From positions 1 through 56,094 of the forward strand of contig JBGOYZ010000003.1 of assembly GCA_041479945.1 (NCBI GenBank): DNA of 56,094 bases, written 5' to 3'. The translations under genes were made by a program, and so were the position numbers. This DNA is from Thermoproteota archaeon (GTDB taxonomy: Archaea > Thermoproteota > EX4484-205 > JAAOZO01). The stretch's first letter is position 1. The number at the start of each line of letters is the position of its first letter. This document shows, in pieces, positions 9,247 through 19,135 of this stretch. The notes beneath the pieces were generated by a model. The model saw nothing but the letters and a program-made list of their open reading frames with translations, ran no database searches and was not told the DNA's origin.

Positions 9247-10380
9247 ATGCCGCAACAGGTGGTGATAGACGGGAGGCCTTTCGACCCGGCCTTCCTGCCT
9301 GAGCAACTCGTCCACAGGGAGCCCCAGCTGAGGGAACTGGAGAGCTATCTCTCTCCGTTGCTGAAAGAACCCCCTCTGGCAGCTAGGGCCTTGATCGTGG
9401 GTCCGAGGGGGAGCGGCAAGACCACAATCTCTAGGCAGTTGGTCAACAGATACTTGGCTGAGAACCCTGAGGCGATGGGGTTCGTGGTCAACTGCAGGGT
9501 CGAAGGCTCGGAGTACAACGTGGCCATGAGAATGTTGATTCAGTCTAGGTTGGCTAGCGGGTTTATCCGTGGTGTATCCAAGGAGGAGATACTAATCTCG
9601 TTCATTGAGTCGCTTTCGGGGGTCAAAGATCCAGTCCTCGTCGTCTTGGACGACGCCGACTCGCTGCTGGTGAAGGGGAGGTCGTATCTGATATCCTCTC
9701 TGCTGAGATCCCACGAGGGGTTCGAGGCGGCTGCTTCAAAGCTGGGCTTCGTCATGACGATGAGATCAGTCGTTGTCGACTCATCGTTTGATGTCGCTGT
9801 GCTTCCAACGGTTAGGCTGACTCCCTATGTTGCTTCCGAGCTGAGAGACATACTGGCAGCAAGAGCTCGAGTAGCGCTTAACCCTAGCTCATATGACGAT
9901 GAGATACTATCAATGATAGCCGATGCTGCACGCACGACCGGCGACGCTAGGTACGCGATAGAGGTCTTGGCCCGCGCCTGCCGGATGGCGGAAGCAACCG
10001 GGTTGGGCAGAGTCCTGCCTGAGCACGTGCGGAGAGGACTGTCGATACTGCCGAACTTTCCCTCCCAGTCAGAGATGTCCTTGCTGAGCGACTTGCAGAG
10101 GGATGTCCTCATGGCGATCGTCAACTGTCTGCAAGGGACAGACGCACCCTTCGTGACAACGGGAGACTTGGAGTCCAGCTACAGGAGATACTGTGAAGGG
10201 CTGAGCAAGGAACCCGTCGCGCACACGAGACTCTGGGAGACGCTGGAGAGCATCGAGAGCTTAGGGCTAATCAAGAAATCCGTGAAGAGCTTCGGGAGGA
10301 GGGGGAGGACTTCCGTAGTTTCCCTGCTCGCCCCAGCGTCCGCACTGCACCAGATGTTGACAAGTGAGATCACAAGGTGA
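9247..10380 (+). CDS. orc1: Orc1/Cdc6 replication initiator (AAA+ with C-terminal winged helix)
   Basis: 377 aa. It has Walker A VGPRGSGKTT, Walker B VVLDDAD and the GDARYAIEVL motif typical of Orc1/Cdc6, plus a C-terminal winged-helix region (LWETLESIESLGLIK). Confidence 0.9.
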   Translation: MPQQVVIDGRPFDPAFLPEQLVHREPQLRELESYLSPLLKEPPLAARALIVGPRGSGKTTISRQLVNRYLAENPEAMGFVVNCRVEGSEYNVAMRMLIQSRLASGFIRGVSKEEILISFIESLSGVKDPVLVVLDDADSLLVKGRSYLISSLLRSHEGFEAAASKLGFVMTMRSVVVDSSFDVAVLPTVRLTPYVASELRDILAARARVALNPSSYDDEILSMIADAARTTGDARYAIEVLARACRMAEATGLGRVLPEHVRRGLSILPNFPSQSEMSLLSDLQRDVLMAIVNCLQGTDAPFVTTGDLESSYRRYCEGLSKEPVAHTRLWETLESIESLGLIKKSVKSFGRRGRTSVVSLLAPASALHQMLTSEITR

Positions 10381-10652
10381 CCCTGGGGCATCGTGACATT
10401 GAGCACTCCCTGCTGGCTTCCCAGACCTTCAGGGTTCTGAGAGTGCTGGCCGACTCAGATGGCTTCGTCAGCATCTCATCGATTTGCAGAGAAGCCAACC
10501 TGAACCACCCGTCCGCCTCACGAGCACTCTCGCTTCTTGAGGCCAAAGGAGTTGTCTCAGAGAAAAGGGTCGGGCGGACTAGGATGTTCAAAGCAAACTA
10601 CAGCGACGAGAGAGTCTCGCTATTCAGGAGACTAGTGGCCTCTGGCTTTTGA
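10377..10652 (+). CDS. Small winged-helix (ArsR/MarR-like) DNA-binding protein, coupled to orc1
   Basis: 91 aa. Its GTG start overlaps the orc1 TGA stop (GTGA). It has an HTH-like core: FRVLRVLADSDGFVSISSICREANLNHPSASRALSLLEAKGVVSEKRVGRTRMF. The 3' end overlaps rfcL convergently by 21 nt. Confidence 0.5.
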   Translation: MTLGHRDIEHSLLASQTFRVLRVLADSDGFVSISSICREANLNHPSASRALSLLEAKGVVSEKRVGRTRMFKANYSDERVSLFRRLVASGF

Positions 10653-11849
10653 CCTAGTGCCTCTAGCTCTCTTCGGTCTGGCGGCCTTCGTGCTGCTTCT
10701 TTCGGAGGGGGCAGGGACAACCTCGACGCACTCAAGCAAAGGAATGATCTGAGATCGGACGACCGCTCTCCGCTCATGGAGTTGCTCTCCTATCTCCTTG
10801 GCCTCAGCCGCTCTCTCCTTCTCCTTGGCCAGGCGAGCCCACCTTTGTGATACCTTGGAGGGCATCTGCAACTTCACCCAAGATGGTCCGCTTCGGCCGC
10901 AGGCCATCAGTCCAACCGATAGAATGTCGAGGATGTAGGGTATGAATGCCCAAATCCTCCCCCTCCTCATCAAGGCCGACAGGTAGTCAGAATCCGCCAC
11001 GGCTCCCGCCAGCACATTCAGCGTGTCAAGATCCTCCGTGAGATTCTCAATGTTTCCGTACACCCAATCTACGAGATCGTCAACCCTCAGGCCAGTGCTG
11101 CTGAGGTGGTTGCGAGCTTCCTGAACGCTCCGCGAGTGCATGGCTCCTCTGATTGCCTCGAATATGCTCTCCTCCTGGGTCCTGTCCTGCAGGATCTGCG
11201 ACACGGTCTCCTCCTCCAGAACCGAACCACTCGAGGCAAGTGCCTCCAGATCAGAGATAGCACTTCTCATGTCGCCGTGTGACTTCTCGGCAATCCTGTC
11301 CAGCGCGCGATCCTCGACGGTCAGAACCTGGGATCTAGCTATCGCACGAAGTCTCTTGATCACGGAATCTCTCCTCAGTCTCTTGAGTTCGAACATCTGA
11401 CTCTTCAGGCGTATCTCACGCAGCGACGGCTTCCATGGGTCATTCGCGGTCAGCACTACTGGGCTGTTGGTACCATCAATCAGCTTCAACACTGCGGCTG
11501 CGCCGCCGATGTCCTGTCTTTGGTGAAGTCCATCTATCTCGTCCAGCAGTATCAGATTTCTCTGACTGTACAGCGACAGGGAGCGTGAGGCCGGGTAGAT
11601 CTCATCCATCAGGACATCCTTCGTCCGAACGTCGCTCGCGTTCAGTTCAATGAGGTTGTACTCGAGCTTCTTCGCGGCAATCTCCACAGTGATGGTCTTA
11701 CCGGTTCCTGGTGGCCCGTACAGCAGCCCAGCCCTCTTCCCGCGTTCAGGGCTCCACTTGCTCAGCCATTGAAGAAACTGCTCACGACTTTCCTCGTTCC
11801 CAACTATCTGGGACCAATCGTCAGGCTTGAACTGTTCTGTCCAGCGCAT
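10632..11849 (-). CDS. rfcL: Replication factor C large subunit
   Basis: 405 aa. The N-terminus W.EKY-type (RWTEQFKP), Walker A GPPGTGKTI, Walker B LLDEIDG and a basic C-terminal tail are typical of archaeal RfcL. Confidence 0.9.
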   Translation of the reverse strand: MRWTEQFKPDDWSQIVGNEESREQFLQWLSKWSPERGKRAGLLYGPPGTGKTITVEIAAKKLEYNLIELNASDVRTKDVLMDEIYPASRSLSLYSQRNLILLDEIDGLHQRQDIGGAAAVLKLIDGTNSPVVLTANDPWKPSLREIRLKSQMFELKRLRRDSVIKRLRAIARSQVLTVEDRALDRIAEKSHGDMRSAISDLEALASSGSVLEEETVSQILQDRTQEESIFEAIRGAMHSRSVQEARNHLSSTGLRVDDLVDWVYGNIENLTEDLDTLNVLAGAVADSDYLSALMRRGRIWAFIPYILDILSVGLMACGRSGPSWVKLQMPSKVSQRWARLAKEKERAAEAKEIGEQLHERRAVVRSQIIPLLECVEVVPAPSERSSTKAARPKRARGTRSKARGH

Positions 11850-11850
11850 C

Positions 11851-12837
11851 TCAACGGGAACCTTTCAGCTGAGCCAGTTTGGCCAGCACCAGTGTGAACT
11901 GAATCTCTGGATCTGCTCCCACCATGAGTCTGTACTCAGTCTCTGCTAGAGTCGAGAGGAGCGACATCTTTGGTTCAGGCGATATGTCCATACTTGAAAT
12001 CCTCCTGTGAAACCTCCTGACCACGTCCTTGGGTTGCACTCCAGATTCGTGAATGATCTTGCCCAGCAGATCGAGCGCCGCAGAGAAATCTCCGGATACT
12101 CCAAGGTCTATGAGTTCATCGACCTTGTCAACGCCGTACACTCCTAGGAACTCCCTCGCCGTCTTTGTGTCCACTCTCTTCTGAGAAGCTGCTATCCCCT
12201 GCGTCAGGTTGATGGCCATCCTCATGTCTCCGTCCGCCCTTTCCACGACCATCTTGAGCGCGTCTTCGTCACAGCGAACCCCTTCTTTCTCAGCAATGTA
12301 GTTCAGCCTCTGCAGGATGATCTCATCCCTCAGCGGCCCGAATCGAAACACAGAGCACCTAGACTGGATGGGCTCTATGATCTTGTACAGCTCATTCGCG
12401 ATCAGTATGAACCGAGTGTTATCGGAGTACTTCTCTAGAGTTCTCCTCAAAGCCTGCATGGCGTCGCTAGTCATGCTGTCTGACTCATCTAGGATGATCA
12501 CCCTGAACGGCACCTCAGCCATGGGTATGGACTTGGCGAACTCCTTGATCCTGATCCTGACAACCTCGATGCCCCTTTCATCTGAAGCGTTCAGCTCGAT
12601 GTAGTTGCCCGAAGGATTGCCGTCGTAGATGTCGTTCACGAGCGCTAACGCTGCAGTTGTCTTGGATGTGCCCGGCGGTCCCACGAAGAGCAGGTGGGGC
12701 ATGTTCTTCGTCGATGCGAAGGTCTTCAGTCTGGACACTATCTCTTCCCTGTCCATCATCTCTCCAAGATTCCTAGGCCTGTATTTCTCGGTCCACACAA
12801 GACCGCGTATGCTCACAAGACTCACCCGAACGAGCAA
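11851..12837 (-). CDS. rfcS: Replication factor C small subunit
   Basis: 328 aa. It has WTEKYRP, Walker A GPPGTSKTT, Walker B ILDESD and the SRC motif (QSRCSVF). There is no intein. The start is uncertain: TTG at 12837 or GTG at 12825. Confidence 0.92.
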   Translation of the reverse strand: MLVRVSLVSIRGLVWTEKYRPRNLGEMMDREEIVSRLKTFASTKNMPHLLFVGPPGTSKTTAALALVNDIYDGNPSGNYIELNASDERGIEVVRIRIKEFAKSIPMAEVPFRVIILDESDSMTSDAMQALRRTLEKYSDNTRFILIANELYKIIEPIQSRCSVFRFGPLRDEIILQRLNYIAEKEGVRCDEDALKMVVERADGDMRMAINLTQGIAASQKRVDTKTAREFLGVYGVDKVDELIDLGVSGDFSAALDLLGKIIHESGVQPKDVVRRFHRRISSMDISPEPKMSLLSTLAETEYRLMVGADPEIQFTLVLAKLAQLKGSR

Positions 12838-13107
12838 GCGTGGAACCCGTTGAAGTTTTAACCATTGCGGCCGGAAACTGACTGAGAGAGGATGCTGAAA
12901 CTGCTACCAATGTCCCAGCGATTGCTTTTCGCAGTGCAGGAACGAGGAAGATTGCATCCTGAGTCGGAGTGACGCGGTCTCGGAGGTGTGTGACCCTGTT
13001 TGGGGCGTCAACTCTCAGGTTTCCACCTTCACACACCGGACTAGTCGTCAAACTGGAAAGTCCTGCAGGTATAGAGTTAAATCAGATTCTCTGCTCAAGA
13101 CCAAGGA

Positions 13108-13665
13108 ATGCTCAAGGCAGAGTCCATTCTCCTCGAGGAGATCATCCAGAGAGGAATGAAGCGTTTGGGAGTGGATCAACGGTTGCAGCAAACGAGAGTG
13201 GTTCCAAGAGAGGACTTCAAGTATTCGTCCTTGCTTGGAGTGGAAATGAAGCTCGAGAATTCAGTGGAAACCGAGGTTCCGCTCTACGTGGCCGAGCAGC
13301 TGTTCGAGGACGGGATGGCAGATCCGGCAGACAAGGCTCTGGACAGCAAAGTCCTGACCATGATAGCTTGGGAAGAAAGACACAAGACGAGCCAGATATC
13401 GAAAGTCCCAGATTCCTTCTATCAACAGCTCGCAATGTTGATTTCGTCCGACAATGTGGCAGAGAAGACGAAGAGGGTGCTGGAGGCCTCAGCTATCGAA
13501 GTGATGGAAGCCAGATTGAAGAAGATACTGACGTACTCGTTGGTACCTTCGCTTCCGCGAGACGTGGTGGCAAACCTCACGCCCGAGGAATCCTATGTGC
13601 TGGAACTGCTGAGGCTTATCACATCCTCTTGGAGAAAGGAGGTGCTAGGACTTGGAAGAGAATAG
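13108..13665 (+). CDS. GINS family DNA replication complex subunit (assignment partly by synteny with mcm)
   Basis: 185 aa, largely helical. It ends 14 nt inside the mcm ORF. gins-mcm adjacency is known in archaea. There is no strong motif, so this is medium-low confidence. Confidence 0.5.
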   Translation: MLKAESILLEEIIQRGMKRLGVDQRLQQTRVVPREDFKYSSLLGVEMKLENSVETEVPLYVAEQLFEDGMADPADKALDSKVLTMIAWEERHKTSQISKVPDSFYQQLAMLISSDNVAEKTKRVLEASAIEVMEARLKKILTYSLVPSLPRDVVANLTPEESYVLELLRLITSSWRKEVLGLGRE

Positions 13666-16600
13666 GGACAAGATTGGTGAGGACTTCGCATCCTTCATCA
13701 GAGGCTTCAGAGGCGAAGAGGGACAACTCACCTACCTAGACCAGCTGAGGGATCTCCCGATCAGGGGAGGTCATTCCCTTGTTGTGGATTTCCAGCACTT
13801 GGTTCAGTACGAAGGGGCTCTGGCGAGTGAGCTCGAGCAGAACCCACGCGAGATGTTCAAGCTGTTCTCCGAGTCCGGCCTCCTAATGCTGACCGAGCTG
13901 GACATGGAATTCGCCAGAAAGGTCCAGAGGTTCAACGTTAGGGTATCCAACTATCAGAGGAAGGTATCGATCAGGAGCCTCAACTCATCATACATTGGCA
14001 AAATGGTGTCAATCACGGGCGTCGTAGTGAGGAGTTCAGAAGTCATGACTCAGCTCAAGACTGGTGCTTTCCGCTGCATGAGTTGTCAGACAGTGACCCC
14101 AGCCGATCAGGTCGGGTCTTTGTACACTACGCCGCGGGCCTGCCCGGTCTGCAACCGATCGGGACTAGGCACTTTCGAGCTGGAGCCCTCCCTATCGACA
14201 TTCGAAGATTTCCAGTCTATCTCACTTCAGGAAAGACCGGAGGACTTGCCAGCAGGCCATATGCCACAGACCTTGGACTTGGCGTTGACGGATGATCTCG
14301 TGAGCTCTGCCAGACCCGGGGACAGGGTAGTCGTGACCGGCATGGTGAACGTGAAACAAAGGGCAGCTGGCTTCGGAAGGTCGAAATCCCGGGTGTTCGA
14401 ACTCTCCTTGGACACGAACCACATAGCCGTGGAGACCGGGGAGCAACTGGAGGCGGAACTCGACGAGGAGTCTATCAGGTCCTTCAGGGCCGATGCCTCC
14501 CAACCGTGGCATTACAAGAAGTTGATTTCATCCATCGCTCCCTCGATTCACGGAATGGAGAACGTCAAGGAGGCGGTGCTCCTTCAGTTGGCGGGGGGGA
14601 ATCCGAAGGAGTTCAGAGATGGAATCAAGGTCAGGGGTGATGTGAATGTTTTGCTGGTTGGTGATCCGGGGTGCTATTCGGGCGACACTAGGTTAGTGCT
14701 GGGAGATGGCTCGATGCCCACGTTCAGGGAACTCGCGGGGATGCTCGGGGTGGAGGCCCCAGGGATCTATCCGGTATCACTCAAGGTCAAGAACAGAACG
14801 GAAGAGCAGGCCACGGCACTGCACATCTACGAGGGTCAGCCAGTCATCGAGATCACTCTCGCCAGCGGACGAAGTATTAGAGCCACTCCCAACAACCCGT
14901 TCTTCACAAGCAAGGGATGGAGACGTGCCGACCAACTCAAAGTTGGAACGAGCATCCGCATGCGAAGACGGATTCACTCTGACATCAAGGATTATCACCC
15001 GACTGCTTGGAAGCTGGTTTCGCGTGACCATTCACGCAATCACGTCGTCTCTGTGCCTGAGGTTGTGGATGAGCGGCTCGCCGCTCTGACAGGTATTCTG
15101 ACCGCAGAAGGTTACGTTGACGGGCCATACAGCATCGCTCTGGCCGTGAACCAACACGAGAAGCAGCTGGCAGCATCAACAGCGCAGACCATCAAGGATC
15201 TGTTCGGCTACGAGCCGAGTGAATCCGTACTGAAAAGAAACGGCAAGAACGGGCGCACTCTAGATCTCATTAGACTGAGAGTCGCCAATCCGCACATCGT
15301 CAAGTGGCTCAACCCCGTGGTCAAAGAGAAGAGGGTTCCCAGCAGCATATTCATGTCTCCCGACAGCGTCGTGGCGAGCTACGTCAGGTGGCTGTTTGAG
15401 GGCGACGGAAACGTCAGAAGCCAGGCCAAGATGCGCGACCGCTACGTGGCCCTTTCTTCCAAGAGCATAGAGTTGCTTCGGGACGTTCAACTTCTCCTGT
15501 TGCGATTCGGAGTTGAGAGCCACATCTATGCCAAGTCGAACAAGAAAGAGTGCTTTGTGCTGCGAATAAGAGACGCGAGGAGCCTGAGGCTCTTCGCACG
15601 CTACATAGGTTTCGTATCGGAAAGAAAGAGAGGTCAGCTGAATGATCTACTGCAAGGCTATTCCAATGGCCGGAGACTTCCTGAGCGATCTGTTATGGAT
15701 CACATCCTGAAGATCGAGAGGAGAGCACCTGAAACTGTCTATGACTTGGAGGTGCCCAAGACGAACTCGCTGATAGTGAACGGGATCATAGGGCACAACA
15801 CGGCCAAGTCGCAACTCCTGAAGTACATTCAGAAGATAGCCCCTCGTGGTCTGTACACTTCAGGTAGGGGCGCAACAGCAGCCGGCTTGACGGCTGCAGC
15901 GATCCGCGACGAGACCGGCGCATTCTCATTGGAGGCGGGCGCGTTGGTGCTCGCGGACAAGGGGCTCGCAGCCATTGATGAGTTCGAGAAGATGCGAGAA
16001 GAGGACAGAGTTGCCATACATGAGGCCATGGAGCAGCAGACCTGTTCTATAGCCAAGGGAGGAATAGTGGCGACTCTGAACGCGAGGACTTCGATCTTGG
16101 CCGCTGCGAACCCACAGTTCGGAAGATACGACCTCAACAGGAACTTCGCGGAGAACGTCAACCTTTCGCCCGTCATATTGTCTAGGTTCGACCTGTACTT
16201 CGTCCTGCGGGACGTGCCCGACGAGACAAGGGACGCCCTGTTGACTGCGCACATAATCGCACAGCACCGTAAGATGGAACGAGCGGCGGAGGCAACGTAC
16301 GACACCATGTATCTGAAAAGATACGTAGCGTACGCGAAGGTGTCCGCGCCAAAGCTCACTGATGAGGCAGCTCAAGCCATATCCAGGTTCTTCCTGGACC
16401 TCAGGAAGTCTGGGGGCGAGTCGTCGATCCACATCACTCCAAGGCAACTTGAATCTCTGATACGAGAGAGCGAAGCCAGGGCCAAGTTGATGCTCAGAGA
16501 CCTCGTGACCAAAGAGGATGTCGAAGTAGTGATCGCGCTTTTCAGATCCTCGCTTTCTCAAGCGGGCCTTGATGTTGAAACAGGGAAAACGGACATAGAC

Positions 16601-16828
16601 ATCCTGATGACAGGGAAGGCCAGGTCTTCATGGGAGAAGCACAACGTCATAGTCAAGATAGCAGAGGACCTTGAGAAGGAGTTCGGTTCGGCCAACATAG
16701 AGGAGGTACTCAAGAGAGCGGAGGGAAAGGGAGTTGATAGGGCCGACGGCAGGCGCATAATAAACGACCTGCTGAGGAACGGATACTTCTACACCCCTGA
16801 TGACGTGTCGTTGAAGAAGACGCGGTGA
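13652..16828 (+). CDS. mcm: Minichromosome maintenance (MCM) replicative helicase, intein-containing precursor
   Basis: 1058 aa. It has an N-terminal Zn motif (CMSCQ...CPVCN). Walker A is split as LLVGDPG|...|TAKSQLL. Walker B is IDEFEKM and the arginine finger is SRFDL. The extein total is 682 aa. GGAGGTG lies 7 nt upstream of the TTG start. Confidence 0.95.
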   Translation: MEENRDKIGEDFASFIRGFRGEEGQLTYLDQLRDLPIRGGHSLVVDFQHLVQYEGALASELEQNPREMFKLFSESGLLMLTELDMEFARKVQRFNVRVSNYQRKVSIRSLNSSYIGKMVSITGVVVRSSEVMTQLKTGAFRCMSCQTVTPADQVGSLYTTPRACPVCNRSGLGTFELEPSLSTFEDFQSISLQERPEDLPAGHMPQTLDLALTDDLVSSARPGDRVVVTGMVNVKQRAAGFGRSKSRVFELSLDTNHIAVETGEQLEAELDEESIRSFRADASQPWHYKKLISSIAPSIHGMENVKEAVLLQLAGGNPKEFRDGIKVRGDVNVLLVGDPGCYSGDTRLVLGDGSMPTFRELAGMLGVEAPGIYPVSLKVKNRTEEQATALHIYEGQPVIEITLASGRSIRATPNNPFFTSKGWRRADQLKVGTSIRMRRRIHSDIKDYHPTAWKLVSRDHSRNHVVSVPEVVDERLAALTGILTAEGYVDGPYSIALAVNQHEKQLAASTAQTIKDLFGYEPSESVLKRNGKNGRTLDLIRLRVANPHIVKWLNPVVKEKRVPSSIFMSPDSVVASYVRWLFEGDGNVRSQAKMRDRYVALSSKSIELLRDVQLLLLRFGVESHIYAKSNKKECFVLRIRDARSLRLFARYIGFVSERKRGQLNDLLQGYSNGRRLPERSVMDHILKIERRAPETVYDLEVPKTNSLIVNGIIGHNTAKSQLLKYIQKIAPRGLYTSGRGATAAGLTAAAIRDETGAFSLEAGALVLADKGLAAIDEFEKMREEDRVAIHEAMEQQTCSIAKGGIVATLNARTSILAAANPQFGRYDLNRNFAENVNLSPVILSRFDLYFVLRDVPDETRDALLTAHIIAQHRKMERAAEATYDTMYLKRYVAYAKVSAPKLTDEAAQAISRFFLDLRKSGGESSIHITPRQLESLIRESEARAKLMLRDLVTKEDVEVVIALFRSSLSQAGLDVETGKTDIDILMTGKARSSWEKHNVIVKIAEDLEKEFGSANIEEVLKRAEGKGVDRADGRRIINDLLRNGYFYTPDDVSLKKTR
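14672..15799 (+). mobile_element. Intein with LAGLIDADG homing-endonuclease domain inside the MCM Walker A loop
   Basis: 376 codons. It starts with Cys (CYSGDTRLVLGDGS) and ends GIIGHN, followed by Thr+1 (TAKSQLL). Two LAGLIDADG-type blocks are present (LTGILTAEGYVDG and VRWLFEGDGNV). Removing it restores GDPGTAKSQLL. Confidence 0.9.
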
Positions 16829-16838
16829 AAAGGAAGCG

Positions 16839-19037
16839 GTGAGAGTTCAGGACCTGCCGATAAGCGAGCCCGCCAAGTCAGCGCTCTCCACTTCATTCGG
16901 CTTGGATTCTCTCTACCCCATTCAGGAGGAGGCCATCAAAGCCGGAGTATTGGATGGAGTGGACGTACTGCTGTCTGCGCCGACGGCTTCCGGCAAGACC
17001 CTCGTCCCGCTAATCGTGACGCTGCAGGAGATGGAAAGAAGCCCCAGCAAGGTCGTGTACATGGTTCCGCTCAGGGCACTAGCGTATGAGAAGCTCCTGG
17101 AATTCAAGGTCGCCTCGAAACTGGTTAGGCCTAGTGGCAGAAACCCGAGGGTGGGCATAAGCACTGGCGACTATGATTCACCCACAGAGGGGATGAGGTA
17201 CTACGATGTGGTCATATGCACCTTCGAGAAGATGGACTCAATACTGCGCCACAGACCGAGTTGGCTGCGGGACATATCGACAGTGGTGTTTGACGAGATT
17301 CACCTGATCCACTCTGCCGACAGGGGTCCAGTAGTCGAGATGCTCGTGGCCTCGGCCGGCAAGTTGTTGCCAGAAGCACAGAAGCTGGCGCTCAGTGCTA
17401 CTGTCTCGAACGACGAAGAGATAGCTTCTTGGATGGGCTGCAAACTGGTAAGGAGCGACTGGCGCCCAGTGCCACTACACGAGGGCGTCTACTACGGCAA
17501 CACGATCTCGTTCCCCGACAGGCAGGAGGAAGTGGAGAGCAAGTTTGGGGATGAGATGATGGATCTAGCTGACCACGCGATGTCGGACGGAGGACAGATA
17601 CTCTTCTTCACACCCACCAGAAAGCAGGCCGTGTCGTTGGCCAACAAGTTAGCTCCTGTGACCTCGCTGTCGCGAAGCCCGTCACAGGTCAAGGAACTTG
17701 AGAAACTGGCCAGCCTCATGATGCAGGTCGAGGAAAGCAGCCCGGTCGGAATTCAGCTGTCGGCCTTGGTTAGAAAGGGGGTGGCATTCCATCACGCTGG
17801 TCTCCCAACCTCTCAGAGAAGGCTAGTCGAGGACGGTTTCAGACACGGGGCTATCGGAACAATAGCGGCTACTCCGACGCTCGCAGCAGGCGTCAACCTT
17901 CCCGCGAGGTATGTCTGTGTCACGTCCATTCACAGGTACAGTTCAGGTTTCGGCTCTCGGGAGATATCCACGATGGAGTACAAACAGATGGCAGGCAGAG
18001 CTGGTCGGCCGCAGTTCGACAAGTACGGCGTTGCCTTGATAAGGGCAGGAAGCGAAAGGGACGCCGAGACCCTGGAGGAGAACTACATCAGTGCTCCCGT
18101 CGAACCCATCAAGTCAATGCTTGGCCAGAGCGACTTTTTCTCATCGGCGACTCTGTCTTCGGTCGCATCAGGCGTTGCGACGGGAATGAATGATGTTCAG
18201 AGTCTTTTCTCGAACACACTGCTGGCCAGGCAAAGGGGTACCAAGTACGTTGACTGGAGAATCAAGCAGATGGTCAAGTATCTGGTTGACATCGGTGTAG
18301 CTGAACTGGATGGAGATGAGTTGAAGGCAACAAAGCTCGGGAGACGGGTCTCCGAGCTCTACATCCTTCCTGAGACGGCAGCTTCCATAATGGATCGTGC
18401 CGCAAGGCCTCCGCCGGATTTCACTGACGTGACGATCATGCACCTGGTGGTGGGCACCCCTGACATGAACCCGACGCTGATATCAACGCAACGTGACATG
18501 GAGATCGTCGGGGAATTCCTCCAGCAACACGCTAGGGAATTGTTCTCGCCTGATTCGGAGTCATCAGCGTTCGATGAGGCAAAGACGGTGATGGCTCTCA
18601 AGATGTGGGCCGAAGAGGCGGCCTTCGACGTGATCTATGAGAGACTAGGTGTGGAGCCCGGAGACTTACATGTGGTGAACGAGAAGGCGACTTGGCTACT
18701 CTATGCCGCCTCGGAACTCACAGGCTTCACCGGATCCAAGGAAGTTTCAGCAATGGCTGCTCTGATGAGCAAGAGAGTGAAGTTCGGAATAAAGCGGGAA
18801 CTCTTGGACCTAGTATCTCTTACTGGGATCGGCAGGGCAAGAGCGAGGAGCCTGTTCAAGGCAGGATTCAAGAACAGGTCCGACCTAACCAAAGCGTCAG
18901 TGGAACGGCTATCCCTCGTGCCGGGAATCGGGTCGAGGTTGGCCTTGTCCCTAAAGAAACAGGTCGGCGGCCTCATCAAGGACAAGGACCTCAAATCCGG
19001 CAGTTATGAACAGAGGAAGCTGTTCCGGTCCGACTAG
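16839..19037 (+). CDS. hel308: Ski2-like DNA helicase Hel308
   Basis: 732 aa. It has SF2 motifs SAPTASGKTL, DEIH and SAT, plus HHAGL. The C-terminal ratchet/HhH-like region (LTGIGRARARSLFKAGF) is typical of archaeal Hel308. Confidence 0.85.
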   Translation: MRVQDLPISEPAKSALSTSFGLDSLYPIQEEAIKAGVLDGVDVLLSAPTASGKTLVPLIVTLQEMERSPSKVVYMVPLRALAYEKLLEFKVASKLVRPSGRNPRVGISTGDYDSPTEGMRYYDVVICTFEKMDSILRHRPSWLRDISTVVFDEIHLIHSADRGPVVEMLVASAGKLLPEAQKLALSATVSNDEEIASWMGCKLVRSDWRPVPLHEGVYYGNTISFPDRQEEVESKFGDEMMDLADHAMSDGGQILFFTPTRKQAVSLANKLAPVTSLSRSPSQVKELEKLASLMMQVEESSPVGIQLSALVRKGVAFHHAGLPTSQRRLVEDGFRHGAIGTIAATPTLAAGVNLPARYVCVTSIHRYSSGFGSREISTMEYKQMAGRAGRPQFDKYGVALIRAGSERDAETLEENYISAPVEPIKSMLGQSDFFSSATLSSVASGVATGMNDVQSLFSNTLLARQRGTKYVDWRIKQMVKYLVDIGVAELDGDELKATKLGRRVSELYILPETAASIMDRAARPPPDFTDVTIMHLVVGTPDMNPTLISTQRDMEIVGEFLQQHARELFSPDSESSAFDEAKTVMALKMWAEEAAFDVIYERLGVEPGDLHVVNEKATWLLYAASELTGFTGSKEVSAMAALMSKRVKFGIKRELLDLVSLTGIGRARARSLFKAGFKNRSDLTKASVERLSLVPGIGSRLALSLKKQVGGLIKDKDLKSGSYEQRKLFRSD

Positions 19038-19135
19038 CGCTCGACGGCTAGAGTGTTCAATACAGGGATGTTTAGCGTTCCTCTTTTATCCGAAGTCCCC
19101 CTTCCCCAAGATGTAACGGCCGGTGTAGAAACCAG

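Noticed and set aside
13020-13059. ORB-like half sites (TTTCCACC ... TGGAAAG, inverted), plus TCCAGTGGAG at about 6211-6220; possible replication origin
   Set aside because: These are only single, imperfect copies. There is no AT-rich unwinding element between them and no repeat array. This is insufficient to call an origin.
12969-13739. 256-aa plus-strand ORF spanning the rfcS/GINS intergenic region and the GINS-like gene
   Set aside because: It is Arg/Gly/Ser-rich and low-complexity. It is out of frame with the GINS-like ORF, which is coupled to mcm and preceded by a TATA-like box.
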